From Chloroflexota bacterium (lineage in GTDB: Bacteria; Chloroflexota; UBA11872; VXNJ01): DNA of 64,000 nucleotides. The notes beneath the pieces were generated by a model. That model was given only the letters and a program-made list of their open reading frames with translations, was not told the DNA's origin and searched no databases. The stretch is from assembly GCA_965261345.1 (NCBI GenBank), contig OZ253449.1, forward strand, positions 800,001 through 864,000, in the 5' to 3' direction. This document shows positions 30,661-41,192 of the stretch, piece after piece (the first letter of the stretch is position 1; every line of letters begins with the position of its first letter). Both the position numbers and the translations under genes were made by a program.

Positions 30661-31509
30661 GTGGGGGCGCTCTTCGTGGTGGCCACCCCGATCGGCAACC
30701 TCGGTGACGCCGCGCCGCGAATGGCCGAACTGCTCGGCCAAGTTAGCTGCATCTTTGCCGAGGACACACGACGGACCCGACGGTTGCTCTCACACCTTGG
30801 GATCAGGACCCGCATGTTGAGCCTGCACGGCAATTCGCCCGAATCGGCATGGCGAGCCGCGCTCGACCGGCTCTCCGAAGGCGATGTCGCCTACGTGTCC
30901 GATGCCGGGACCCCGACGGTCTCCGATCCCGGCGCGCGACTGGTCGCCCTGGCCCACCAACATGGAATCGCGGTCCATTCAATCCCGGGACCCTCGGCGG
31001 TCACCGCGGCACTGTCGGTATCCGGAGTGGAGTCCGGCGGCCACGTGTTCTTAGGGTTTTTGCCCGAGCGCAAGACAAGACGCCTGGAACTGCTGGACGC
31101 GGCGGTTAGCACCCGGTTGCCGCTGGTGGTTTTCTGCGGGCCGCACGACGCGCCCGCAACCCTGGCCGAATTGGCCGAGGTCCTTGGTCCCGATACCGGA
31201 GTGACTATCTGCCACGAGCTGACCAAGTTCAACGAGAAGACGGTCCGCACCCGCCTGGGCAGGGCCCCGCACCTGGAGGTGATCAAGCTTGGCCGCGGCG
31301 AAAAAACGCTGGTCATCGACCCGATTTCGATTGGGCCCCAGGCCCCAGCGGAACCCTTGCTCCGCCAAGAGCTTGCTGGTCTGCGGACGGCGGGTTATTC
31401 ACTCAGTTCGGCGGCCCGCCAACTGGCGGCCCGGTATGGCCTGCCCAAGCAGGAGATATACCGGCTGGGACTTCCTGATCCGAACCCCGAGCGTGCTGAC
31501 CCCAAATAG
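30661..31509 (+). CDS. rsmI: 16S rRNA C1402 2'-O-methyltransferase
   Basis: VATPIGNL, AEDTR, SDAGTPTVSDPG, IPGPSA, ELTK. Confidence 0.92.
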   Translation: MGALFVVATPIGNLGDAAPRMAELLGQVSCIFAEDTRRTRRLLSHLGIRTRMLSLHGNSPESAWRAALDRLSEGDVAYVSDAGTPTVSDPGARLVALAHQHGIAVHSIPGPSAVTAALSVSGVESGGHVFLGFLPERKTRRLELLDAAVSTRLPLVVFCGPHDAPATLAELAEVLGPDTGVTICHELTKFNEKTVRTRLGRAPHLEVIKLGRGEKTLVIDPISIGPQAPAEPLLRQELAGLRTAGYSLSSAARQLAARYGLPKQEIYRLGLPDPNPERADPK

Positions 31510-32488
31510 CAGCGCCGAGCTGGCGGCGGCGGTCGCCGGCTGCCGGAATCCGCTGGGGGTAGTTGAGGGCTGGGGGACACCCTGGTCGCGAGCTAAACCC
31601 TCGGACCTGGAGCTGGAAATCAGTCTCGCGTCGATGGACCGTCTGCTCGTGCTATCTCCCAAAGACCTGACCTGCCGGGTAGAGATCGGCATCGCCCACT
31701 CGGCCCTGGCCGATGTTCTCGGCCACGCCGAATTGGAATGGCCGCTTGATCCGCTGCCCGGGCATTTGCTTCTGGCATCCACCTATTTGTCCGGGGCGGC
31801 GCGCGCCGGGAGCGGAATATTTTCCAATCCACGCGACTGGATCCTGGGATCAACTCTGGTCAGCGGCCGCGGTGAGCTGGTAACCAGCGGTGGGGCCACC
31901 CTGAAAAACTCGGCCGGCTACGACCTTGGCCGCAGTTTTTTCGGGAGCATGGGTTTGGCGGTTATCCCGGCGCAGTTGCAGCTGCGCCTCCGGCGCCGGC
32001 ACGAACGGCGCGCCAACCTTATCTCGCGCCCGTTGAACGGGTCAGCATACCGAAATCTGCTGGCGCGATTGCGCGGTCACCTGGCCGTCGTCGAACGCGT
32101 AGAGGTGTTCGCTGGCGACGGTCCCCCCGAAGCGTTAGTAACCCTCGGTGGGCCGGCCGGTCGAGTCGAACCGGCCGCCGCCGACCTGGCCGACCTGGCC
32201 ACCCCGGTCGACCGGCTGCCGCCCGACTCGACCGGCGTGCTGGGTGGGGGCTCCCGACTCAGGATCCCGATCCGGGAAGGAACGATGGTCAATCTGCTGG
32301 ACGGGAGGCCTCGCACGCGGTTCTGCGCTTTTCCGCTGCAGCGGATCGCCTATCTGAGCGCGGCCCGGAAATTGCCGGACCTGCCCGACGCCGACCAACT
32401 GCTTTTGCCGCTGGCCGATCCCGCCGAATTGCGTGGCCCCAATCGCCTGCTGTTTGACGGGTTAGATCCCGAACAGCGCTTGCGGTAG
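31493..32488 (+). CDS. FAD-binding oxidoreductase, GlcE-like
   Basis: DLTCRVE, GGATLKNSAGYDLGR..GSMG, C-terminal LDPEQRL. Confidence 0.75.
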   Translation: MLTPNSSAELAAAVAGCRNPLGVVEGWGTPWSRAKPSDLELEISLASMDRLLVLSPKDLTCRVEIGIAHSALADVLGHAELEWPLDPLPGHLLLASTYLSGAARAGSGIFSNPRDWILGSTLVSGRGELVTSGGATLKNSAGYDLGRSFFGSMGLAVIPAQLQLRLRRRHERRANLISRPLNGSAYRNLLARLRGHLAVVERVEVFAGDGPPEALVTLGGPAGRVEPAAADLADLATPVDRLPPDSTGVLGGGSRLRIPIREGTMVNLLDGRPRTRFCAFPLQRIAYLSAARKLPDLPDADQLLLPLADPAELRGPNRLLFDGLDPEQRLR

Positions 32489-32718
32489 CCACGGACGACT
32501 CGCTACCATTTCTCCAGCCGGCCTAGAGCGATGCGGCAGCATCTTTGGCCGGTCGGGCGCAATCGCGTCCCGGCTCCAATCCGCGCGGGTGGTAGCGACT
32601 AAGAGCTGCCAGGGCGGAGGCGCCCAAAATCCCGATCACGGTCGGATCGATCAGGTCGATACAAGTCGACGGCCACCTAGAACTGGATCGCAGCTGGGAC
32701 GCCAACGGGCAACTGCTA

Positions 32719-33770
32719 GGGCCTGTTGAAAAAGTCTCGGTCTGGACAAGCCCAATTTCCATTCCTACGATGTAGTTGACGGCGTCAATCAGCACTCGAG
32801 GTAAGGGGGCATGCTCGAAGCCCTTGACCGCCATAAGCGCGACTCGGCGCCGTTTCATTTCACCACCAGGCAGCTACGTGATTTCATCGACCCCAATCGC
32901 CGGCTGCTGAAAGATCGATGATTCTTTCGACATTGGCGAACTGCTGGATCACGTCCCCTGGAGTGGTGTAAGAACACCAGCTTGATCAACTAAGCCAACG
33001 CGATGACAAAGGGCCATCGTGTAAACCTCTACGGAGTCACTTCACTTACTTCGTCGAGGAACCATCGATGGCCCAACTTGATTATCAGACCTTGCTTGCC
33101 CTTATCGCCAAGCAAGGGTTTGACACCAGCGAATTCGTCCGCAGCGCCGTACGGCACGCCTACCAGGAACTTATTGACGCCGGCCTGGCCGAAAACATCG
33201 GTGCCCAACCGCAACACCAACAGCTATCAATTTGTGGCCCTGCAAAGGGACTGCCAAGCCTGCCCGATCAAGACTGGTTGCCTGCAAAAGAATCAACTAC
33301 GACGATCGGTTGGAGTAAGCCCCCATTACGAGGCCATTGCCAGGGCCCGGAAGCGCAACGCCACCCCTACCTACCTGGCCCACAAAAAAGCTCGCTCGCA
33401 TGTGGTCGAGGGGGTGTTCGCCCACCTGGACCAATTGGGATTTAGAAGGGCCCGGGTGCGCGGATTACACAAAGTGGACGGCGAAGCGTTCATCGCTTCC
33501 CTGGCCCCCAACCTTGGCAAGGCGATGCGTAAGCTGGCGCCCAATCCAGTCACAGGGCCAGTGATGGCGACTTGAAGTGGTGGAGGCGGTAAATAATTCC
33601 GGCCAATTACGGGCAAATTGCTCCATGACGACCGCAATTGGGCGATTTAGCCGCGTGGTGACGTATCTGACGCGGCAGGAACTGGTTGACCGAACCCAAT
33701 CGGGGCGCAGTATCAAAAAAATCAGCGGCGGCTGAAATTACCGCCGAATTGCCTGATTTTCAACAGGCCC
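32719..33770 (+). mobile_element. Internally deleted IS1182-like element carrying an IS256-like left-end remnant
   Basis: 14-bp IR GGGCCTGTTGAAAA at both ends, near-TSD CTGCTA/CTGTTA; C-terminal CQACPIK..VEGVF..GFRRARVRG; IS256-like N-terminus from 33068. Confidence 0.75.
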
Positions 33771-33801
33771 CTGTTAGCGACCGCCAGGCAGTAGCAACCG
33801 C

Positions 33802-35235
33802 TTAGTGCCCAGCGATGCTGGGGTTGGCTCTTTCGCGCCGCATCCGCCAGAAGGAGAGTCCCCCGGCCGCAATCATGATTACGGCCGCGAGCCGGAATCC
33901 GATCGCAAAATTGTCCGCCTGAAGCTGGAGCGGTGCGTCGATCGCCCGCGCCCCCGAAAACTCCAATAACACCAGAAATGCGAATAGGCCGCCCCAGAAT
34001 GATTGTCCGGCACCGAAACCAAAGGTCCGCGAGGCGGCGATGAAGGCACCGGCGGTCCCCAGCTGGGTGCGCGGCACCGAACCCATGATGATCGAATTGT
34101 TGGCCGTCTGGATCAATCCGGTTGCCAACCCCAGTAACAGCAATCCCACGATCGCCGGCAGCAGTGATTGATCCGGTCCAGTCAGGGCAAAAACCAGGTA
34201 GGCGGCAGCGGCGATCGGGAAGCCGATGGTTCGCGGCAGATCGTTACCGATGCGATCGGCCCACCAGCCGATCAGGGGCGCCGACAGGCCGCCGACCGCC
34301 GGGTAGATGGCCATAAGCATGCCCACCTGGAATGCCGAAATGCCCATGACCCGTTCCAGTACAAACGGTCCGTTGAGCATGATTGCGGCCATGCAGCCAA
34401 ACCCGGCCAGGCCCACAACCACGCCGGTTGAAAAGTCTGCCCGTTTGAACAACTTCAAATCCAGCAGCGGGTTCGGCGCGATCTCGGTGCGGACTGCAAA
34501 ACTCGCCCCGAACGCCCCGAACGCCGCCAACGCGATGCCCACCTCGGGGGTCAGGCCCTGGGCAAATCCGCGATTGATCGCAAAGATCAGCGGGGTCACC
34601 CAACCCAGGAGGAGGACCGCCGAGAGCACGTCGAAATTGCCCTCGCCGGTACCGGGCAGGTGCGGGACGGCGGCGATCGCCAGGACCAAGGTTGCGGCCG
34701 CGAGTGGAACCAGCGCAAAGAACATCCAGCGCCAGTCAGCCAACTCGATCACTGTCCCAGCCAGCAATGGCCCGATGGCCAGCCCGAGCGCGGCCAGGGT
34801 AAACCAGAGTCCGATTGCCCGGCTGCGCTGGGCGGGCGGAAAGACCGCAACCAGGATCGCGGTCCCGTTCGATTGCATCAGCGCGGCGCCGATCGCCGCC
34901 GCCACCCGGCCGGCGATCAACCAGCCGATATCCGGGGCCAGCCCACAGGCCAGCGAGGCCACCCCGAACACCGCCGCTCCGAGGACGAACGCGCCGCGCC
35001 GCCCATAGATGTCGCCATATCGGCCGGTGGTCAGATGCAGACTGGAGACGACGATGAAAAAGATCAACGCCACCCATTGAACGGTGGTTATGTCGGCGGT
35101 AAATTCATCGGCCAGCGTCGGCAAGGCGACATTTACCATCGACGTCGTAATCGTGGCCAGCATGGTCGAAACGCCAACCGCCACCAGCACCATATAGCGC
35201 CGTTCCCGCGAGAACGTTGGGGATCCCTCGGTCAA
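33802..35235 (-). CDS. DHA2-type 14-TM MFS transporter
   Basis: VNVALPTL, GRYGDIYGRR motif A, GPLLAG motif C. Confidence 0.9.
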   Translation of the reverse strand: MTEGSPTFSRERRYMVLVAVGVSTMLATITTSMVNVALPTLADEFTADITTVQWVALIFFIVVSSLHLTTGRYGDIYGRRGAFVLGAAVFGVASLACGLAPDIGWLIAGRVAAAIGAALMQSNGTAILVAVFPPAQRSRAIGLWFTLAALGLAIGPLLAGTVIELADWRWMFFALVPLAAATLVLAIAAVPHLPGTGEGNFDVLSAVLLLGWVTPLIFAINRGFAQGLTPEVGIALAAFGAFGASFAVRTEIAPNPLLDLKLFKRADFSTGVVVGLAGFGCMAAIMLNGPFVLERVMGISAFQVGMLMAIYPAVGGLSAPLIGWWADRIGNDLPRTIGFPIAAAAYLVFALTGPDQSLLPAIVGLLLLGLATGLIQTANNSIIMGSVPRTQLGTAGAFIAASRTFGFGAGQSFWGGLFAFLVLLEFSGARAIDAPLQLQADNFAIGFRLAAVIMIAAGGLSFWRMRRERANPSIAGH

Positions 35236-35290
35236 ATGGCCCCCGTAGCCTGGATGTCGCTGGGCAGATCGTCCAAAGCGTACGCGTGAC

Positions 35291-35367
35291 TGGTCGGGGC
35301 GGCCGGATTTGAACCGGCGACCTCATCGTCCCGAACGATGCGCGCTACCAAACTGCGCCACGCCCCG
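35291..35367 (-). tRNA. tRNA-Pro(CGG)
   Basis: CATCG-TTCGGGA-CGATG anticodon arm, CCA end. Confidence 0.95.
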
Positions 35368-35504
35368 CGTCAAGCGTTGCGACCGGGACTGGCACATGCG
35401 CCCGCAAAGGAGCTTTGAGTACCGGCCGGCCGACTGCCCATTATCTGAAACCGACCGCATCCGGCAAGGATCGCCAATATGACCGGAAATGTTTCGGTTC
35501 TAGA

Positions 35505-37139
35505 TCAGTTCATTTCGATCGGACGCGGCAGCTGGGCCGGAACGTGCACCAATGCCGGCCCTCCTTCAGAGATTGCCCGCTGCAGGGTATGGGTAATCTG
35601 CTCCGGTCGGCAACGGTAGGCATTGACGCCGAAGGCTCTGGCGTAGGCCACGTAATCTGGGTTTGCCAGGTCGACCTCAAACGCCTCGCCGTATAGGTGT
35701 TGCATGCCCTGTTTGATGACCCCGTAGGCCGAATCGTCGAATACAACCGCCACCACCGCCAGGTCGTGGCGCACCGCGGTGGCCAGTTCCTGCCCGGTAA
35801 AAAGGAAACCGCCGTCCCCGGCAAGTGCTACTACCGGCACATCGGGCATGGCCGCCTTGGCGCCAAGGGCGACCGGATAGGAGTAACCCAGCGCGCAACC
35901 GGTCATCCCGTAGATCCATTTGCGCGGTTGGTCGATCGGCAGAAAGGGCCGGCACCAGTAACCTGCCACATGCGGGTCGGCGGTGATGATCGCCTCGGCC
36001 GGAATTCCCGCGCGGATGTTGCGCACCAGCTCCATCTCGGTTGAGGCGTGATCGTTCATGAAGGCAAACACCCGCGCACGGGCGTTCTGCGCTTGTTTGA
36101 CCCAACCATCATGGTTGTCCTGACCGGGACCGAGCGCCGCCAGCAGCCCCTCGAGTGCCAGTGCGGCGTCGGCACAAATCCCGATTTCGGCCGGATAGTT
36201 CTTGCCCGGTTGATTCGGATCGATGTCAACGTGGATCAGTTTTTCGCCAACCGGCATTGACCACATCCGCGTCGGGTTGGCGCCGAAGGCGGTGCCGACC
36301 GCCAACATCACATCGGACTGTTCCAACAGACGCTGGACCGGCCCGAATCCGAAGAGTGAACCCACGTGCAGGCGATGGTCGTCGGGAATTACACCCTTGC
36401 CGGTATTGGAGGTGACCACCGGCGCATCGAGCCGTTCGGCCAGGGCCCGGAATTGATCCCAGGCGCCCCCGGTCATCACCCCGCCGCCGGCCCAGAGCAG
36501 GGGGCGTTTGGCCTGGGCGAGCAGACGCGCCGCCCGCTCGATGTCGGACGGGTCGCCCCTCGGGAGTCGGGCCGGGGCCGGCGGCACGACGTCCACCGGG
36601 CCCTCGGCCAGGTGGACGTCGTGGGGAACTTCAATGGCCACCGGGCGGGGGCGGAGCTCACGCATACGCCGAAACCCCTCGCGGATTGCCCCCGGAATGG
36701 CCGCCGGCGACTGGACCTGGGTATTCCATTGGGTCAGACCGGCAAAGAGCTGTTGCTGGTTTTTGATTTCGTGCAGGAAGCCCACGTCGCGATAGAGCAG
36801 ATTGCGCGCTTCCTCGGCCATGACGACCATGATCGGCGAGGAATCGGCATGCGCCTGGGCCAATGGCGTGGCCGCGTTCAAGGCCCCGGGTCCCGGCGTG
36901 GTCAGGGCGACCCCGGGTTCGCCGCTGGCGCGGGCGGCCCCGATCGCGGCGAACCCGGCGCCCTGCTCGTGTCGGACCAGGATGTGGCGAATGCTCCCGT
37001 CGCGCGGTAGCGACGCATACAGGTGCTGAGTGTGCACACCGGGAATCCCGAATACAAGCTTTACGCCCTGGGCCAAAAGCCCCTTAACGACGGCTTCCGA
37101 GCCATTCATTACGGTTGCCGGGGTTGTCTGGGCTACCAA
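35505..37139 (-). CDS. ThDP-binding enzyme (acetolactate synthase-like superfamily)
   Basis: FGIPG, RHEQGAGF, PGPG, GDGGF ThDP motif. Confidence 0.88.
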   Translation of the reverse strand: MVAQTTPATVMNGSEAVVKGLLAQGVKLVFGIPGVHTQHLYASLPRDGSIRHILVRHEQGAGFAAIGAARASGEPGVALTTPGPGALNAATPLAQAHADSSPIMVVMAEEARNLLYRDVGFLHEIKNQQQLFAGLTQWNTQVQSPAAIPGAIREGFRRMRELRPRPVAIEVPHDVHLAEGPVDVVPPAPARLPRGDPSDIERAARLLAQAKRPLLWAGGGVMTGGAWDQFRALAERLDAPVVTSNTGKGVIPDDHRLHVGSLFGFGPVQRLLEQSDVMLAVGTAFGANPTRMWSMPVGEKLIHVDIDPNQPGKNYPAEIGICADAALALEGLLAALGPGQDNHDGWVKQAQNARARVFAFMNDHASTEMELVRNIRAGIPAEAIITADPHVAGYWCRPFLPIDQPRKWIYGMTGCALGYSYPVALGAKAAMPDVPVVALAGDGGFLFTGQELATAVRHDLAVVAVVFDDSAYGVIKQGMQHLYGEAFEVDLANPDYVAYARAFGVNAYRCRPEQITHTLQRAISEGGPALVHVPAQLPRPIEMN

Positions 37140-37331
37140 CGATCGTGCTCCAAACTGGTTGAGTATTTTGCGGACTGCTTTGATTTAATGCTCGCCGGCA
37201 ATTCCAAGGCGCCCAAAAATGCGCACTGCGAAAGCCGGATAGAGCCGAATTGGAAGCCCCTGCAACTTCACTTTCCGGCCAGTTTGCTGTTATATTGCTT
37301 CAAATCGGAAATCCTCCGCAACGGAACCGCA

Positions 37332-38435
37332 ATGGCTATTGCACCAGAACTTAGGTCCGGCCGACCGCAGGCGAGTAAAGCCGCGGTCTCGTTAGTTGAC
37401 GTCGACGTACACAACTACGTGCCCACCGCGAGCGCACTCTACCCGTACATGACCGAACGCTGGTCCTACTACTGCCAGCACACCAACTTCGAACGACCAC
37501 CCGCCGACTTTTACCCGCGGTTCTATCGGAACGCGGCGCGGCGCGATGCCTTTCCGCCAGGGGGAATTCCGGGATCGGACTCGGCCTTTTCCGCCCAGCA
37601 GCTGCTCGATCGTTACGGGATCGACTACGGGATCCTTAACTGCCTTTATCCCAGTTACAAGATGTTCAACATCGATTTGGCCAACGCCCTCACCAAAGCG
37701 GTCAATGATTGGCAGATCGAACACTGGCTGGAAGCGGACCCCCGCTGGCGCGCCTCGATATTGATCAATCCGCATGACATTAATTTTTCGATCGAGGAAA
37801 TCAAGCGCTGCGCCCAGCACGGTGGCTATGTCCAGGTAATGATGCTGGCGCGGACCCATGCGCCGCTCGGCCGCCGCGAGTTCTGGCCGATCTATGCCAC
37901 CGCCCAGGAATTGGGCCTGCCGATCGGAATTCACTTCGGCGGCGGACTGACCAGCCCGATAACACCTTCGGGCTGGCCGTCCTACTACATCGAAGACCAC
38001 ACCGGCATGGCGCAGGCGTTCCAGTCGCAGGTACTCAGCCTGGTCTGTGAAGGGGTGTTCGTTGAATACTCGAAGCTCCGGGTTGTCCTAATCGAGGGCG
38101 GTTTCGCCTGGATGCCACCGCTGATGTGGCGCCTCGACAAGAACTGGAAAGGCCTACGCGGCGAGATCCCGTGGCTTACCAAACCGCCGAGCGATTACAT
38201 TCGCGAACACATCCGCTGCTCGACCCAGCCGATGGAGGAACCAGCCGATCCGAGGCACGTGGCGCAGATCATCGAAATGCTCGGCACCGATGATTTTCTG
38301 CTCTTTGCCACCGACTATCCGCACTGGGACTTTGATTCGCCCGAGCGCTCGCTGCCGGCAAATATCGGCAAGCGAATGCGCGAGCGGATCTTTAGCCAGA
38401 ACGCCCTCGCCATCTACGACTTTGAGCGAGGTTGA
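37332..38435 (+). CDS. Second amidohydrolase-fold candidate dinuclear oxygenase
   Basis: DVDVH, GIHFGG, IEGG, ATDYPHWDFD; adjacent to a Rieske gene. Confidence 0.8.
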   Translation: MAIAPELRSGRPQASKAAVSLVDVDVHNYVPTASALYPYMTERWSYYCQHTNFERPPADFYPRFYRNAARRDAFPPGGIPGSDSAFSAQQLLDRYGIDYGILNCLYPSYKMFNIDLANALTKAVNDWQIEHWLEADPRWRASILINPHDINFSIEEIKRCAQHGGYVQVMMLARTHAPLGRREFWPIYATAQELGLPIGIHFGGGLTSPITPSGWPSYYIEDHTGMAQAFQSQVLSLVCEGVFVEYSKLRVVLIEGGFAWMPPLMWRLDKNWKGLRGEIPWLTKPPSDYIREHIRCSTQPMEEPADPRHVAQIIEMLGTDDFLLFATDYPHWDFDSPERSLPANIGKRMRERIFSQNALAIYDFERG

Positions 38436-38778
38436 CGTAGGCGCGGTCGAGGACTTCCCGCTCGGAAAAATAACCGCGGCCAACCTGAGCGGCCGTGGGA
38501 TTCTGATCGTGCGCAACCGGGACGGCGTCTTCGCCTTGCGCGACATCTGTCCGCACCAGGGCGCGATGCTCTCGCGCGGAACCCTGACCGGCGAACTAAA
38601 TTACTGCGGGACTGGCCGGATCGAGCTTGCCAATTTCGGCAGCGTCCTAAAGTGCCCCTGGCACGGTTGGGACTATTCGCTGGCGAGCGGGCAAGCCGTG
38701 GGCGGCAACCGCAACGCCAGGGTGCGCTCCTATCGGGCCCGCGAAGCCGACGGCCGCATCATGGTCGACCCCGGTTAG
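38422..38778 (+). CDS. Rieske [2Fe-2S] ferredoxin
   Basis: CPHQGA...CPWHGW. Confidence 0.88.
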   Translation: MSEVDVGAVEDFPLGKITAANLSGRGILIVRNRDGVFALRDICPHQGAMLSRGTLTGELNYCGTGRIELANFGSVLKCPWHGWDYSLASGQAVGGNRNARVRSYRAREADGRIMVDPG

Positions 38779-38887
38779 GGCTCCCGCCGGGCCACCATTT
38801 GATTAATCTTTGATGGGGTCGGGTTGTGCGCAGCCCGGTACGCGCCCTAATCGGTCCGACAACGACAACTGAGAGGAATGAGCGCCC

Positions 38888-39526
38888 TTGGCCAGCAACC
38901 AGCCAGCCAATCCCAAAATCCAGGATCCGCTTTTGGTGCGACTGGGTGAGAAGAACGGCGCGCTCGACATCCTCACCACCACCGCCGACAAACTTTTTTC
39001 TTGGTGCATGGCCAATTCGCTGTGGCCGCTAACCTTTGGCCTGGCGTGCTGCGCGATCGAATACATGGCATCGGCCGCCCCAATGTACGACACCGACCGA
39101 TTCGGAGTCATTCTGCGCTCTTCACCACGGCAGAGCGACGTGATGGTGGTGGCCGGCACGGTGACTAACAAAATGGCCCCGGTGGTACGGCACCTCTATG
39201 AGCAGATGCCCGATCCCAAGTACGTTATCGCGATGGGGATCTGCACCATTGCGGGCGGTCCGTTCCGCACCTACAACACCTTGCAGGGTGTGGATCGAAT
39301 CGTTCCGGTGGACGTGCATGTGCCCGGTTGCCCGCCGCGGCCCGAAGCCCTAATCGATGCCATTCTGCTCCTCCAGCAAAAGATCAAGAAAGAGGGCGTC
39401 CTGCGCTGGAAGCCTCCAGAGTTGCCGCCGCGTCCATCGGGAATCGGCCACTCGCTCGAGGCCCCCTTGCCCGGCGAGAGCATCTCGCGGGTGCCCCGGG
39501 GAATGCTGCCGGCCCACCGCGGATAG
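38888..39526 (+). CDS. nuoB: NADH-quinone oxidoreductase subunit B, stand-alone
   Basis: [22 protein letters not shown]. Confidence 0.92.
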   Translation: MASNQPANPKIQDPLLVRLGEKNGALDILTTTADKLFSWCMANSLWPLTFGLACCAIEYMASAAPMYDTDRFGVILRSSPRQSDVMVVAGTVTNKMAPVVRHLYEQMPDPKYVIAMGICTIAGGPFRTYNTLQGVDRIVPVDVHVPGCPPRPEALIDAILLLQQKIKKEGVLRWKPPELPPRPSGIGHSLEAPLPGESISRVPRGMLPAHRG

Positions 39527-39542
39527 ACGGGCGATCCGGCCG

Positions 39543-41108
39543 CTAGGCCGACCGCCGCCGGGCATGGATCGCGTATTCGTACCCGTCAATTAGGGCCGAC
39601 CAAGAGGCCTCGACAATATTTGAAGAACTGCCGACCGTATTCCACACGCGCTCGCCATCCGTCATCGAGATCAGGACCCGGGTGTGGGCGTCGGTGCCCG
39701 AATCCGGATCGAGAATCCTCACCCTGTAGTCGGACAGATGCACACCGGAGAGCATCGGATAGGCGGGTAGGATCGCCTTACGCAGGGCTCCGTCAAGGGC
39801 CGAGACTGGACCGTTGCCGTCACCCGCGGTGTGTGAGCCGACCCCGTCAACCTGTAGCTTGACCACCGCTTCCGAGATCGCCGAATCGGCCCCCCGAGTT
39901 TGGGTAAAGGCCAGGAAATCAATCAATCGGAACGGCGCAGAATATCCCGGCTGGCGGCGCATCAGCAGCAACTCGAACGACGCCTCAGCGCCCTCGAACT
40001 GGTAGCCTTCGGCTTCGAGCAGTTTTACGGCCGCCAGCGTCTCGGCCGCCCCCTCCTTGGACTGCAGAATGCCCAGGCGCTCCGCGGCGGCGGAGATGTT
40101 CTTGGACCCGGAAAGTTCGGAAATGAGAATTCGTTGGCGGTTTCCAACCAGGGCCGGATCAATGTGCTGGTAGGCATGTTCAAACTTGCTTGAGGCCGAG
40201 GCGTGGTACCCGGCCTTGTGGGCAAACGCCGAGTGACCGACGAATGGTTGGTGCTGGTTGGGGGTGAGATTGGCCAACTCTGAAACCAGGTGTGAGAGTT
40301 CGGTCAGAGTGCCCAGGCTGTCGTCTGACATGCTGCTGCGGTCAAGTTTTAGGCGCACGGTCGGGATGATCGAGCACAGATTCGCGTTTCCGGTCCGTTC
40401 CCCGATCCCATTGATCGTTCCGTGGACTCCACGCGCCCCGGCGTTGATCGCCGCTACCGTCACCGCGACCCCCATGTCCAGGTCGTTATGGGCGTGAATT
40501 GCCACCGGAACCGAGAATTTCGAGACCACCCGTCGGGTTATATCCCGGACCTGATCAGGCAGAGTCCCGCCGTTGGTATCGCACAGTGCCAGCCAGCTGG
40601 CACCGGCATCGGCGGCAGCGCCCAGCGCCGCCAGCGCGAAATCGGGATCTTCCAGGAATCCATCGAAGAAATGCTCGGCGTCCAGGATCACTTCCTTGCC
40701 GCCGGCGACCAAATAGGCGACCGTGTCGGCGATCATTGCCAGACCTTCGCGTGCGTCCGTCTCGAGGATGTTTTGCACCTGGAAGAGCGAGCTCTTGGCG
40801 ACGATCGCACAGGCCGGCGCCGCTGAACCGGCTACCGCCTGCACCGCGGAGTCGTCTTCGCATATTGATCCCTTGTAGCGCGTCGCGCCGAAGGCGGTCA
40901 ATTTGGCAGATTGCCAGGTCATCTTCTCGGCGCGGCGAAAAAACTCTTCATCCTTGGGATTGGCGCCGGGAAAGCCGCCTTCGATGTAATCGATCCCGAA
41001 CCGGTCGAGCGCCCGGGCAATGTTGAGCTTGTCGGAAACCGAGAACGAGACGCCCTCGGTTTGCGCACCGTCGCGCAGGGTGGTATCGAGATAGAAGATT
41101 TGGGTCAT
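39543..41108 (-). CDS. cimA: Citramalate synthase
   Basis: DTTLRDGAQTEG, DAEHFFDG, LCDTNGG, GNGPV, NIVEASWSAL. Confidence 0.9.
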   Translation of the reverse strand: MTQIFYLDTTLRDGAQTEGVSFSVSDKLNIARALDRFGIDYIEGGFPGANPKDEEFFRRAEKMTWQSAKLTAFGATRYKGSICEDDSAVQAVAGSAAPACAIVAKSSLFQVQNILETDAREGLAMIADTVAYLVAGGKEVILDAEHFFDGFLEDPDFALAALGAAADAGASWLALCDTNGGTLPDQVRDITRRVVSKFSVPVAIHAHNDLDMGVAVTVAAINAGARGVHGTINGIGERTGNANLCSIIPTVRLKLDRSSMSDDSLGTLTELSHLVSELANLTPNQHQPFVGHSAFAHKAGYHASASSKFEHAYQHIDPALVGNRQRILISELSGSKNISAAAERLGILQSKEGAAETLAAVKLLEAEGYQFEGAEASFELLLMRRQPGYSAPFRLIDFLAFTQTRGADSAISEAVVKLQVDGVGSHTAGDGNGPVSALDGALRKAILPAYPMLSGVHLSDYRVRILDPDSGTDAHTRVLISMTDGERVWNTVGSSSNIVEASWSALIDGYEYAIHARRRSA

Positions 41109-41192
41109 GTGGTTACGGGCAATTTTCGAGAGGAAAGGGATGTTGGCGGGGAAAGTTGGGCGCTTCCGAGCGCCCGATCCGGATCGGTGGAC

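Noticed and set aside
28267-35367. Repeat of tRNA-Pro 3' halves flanking 7 kb, as an island
   Set aside because: These are two full isoacceptor genes; the interval contains core rsmI and no integrase.
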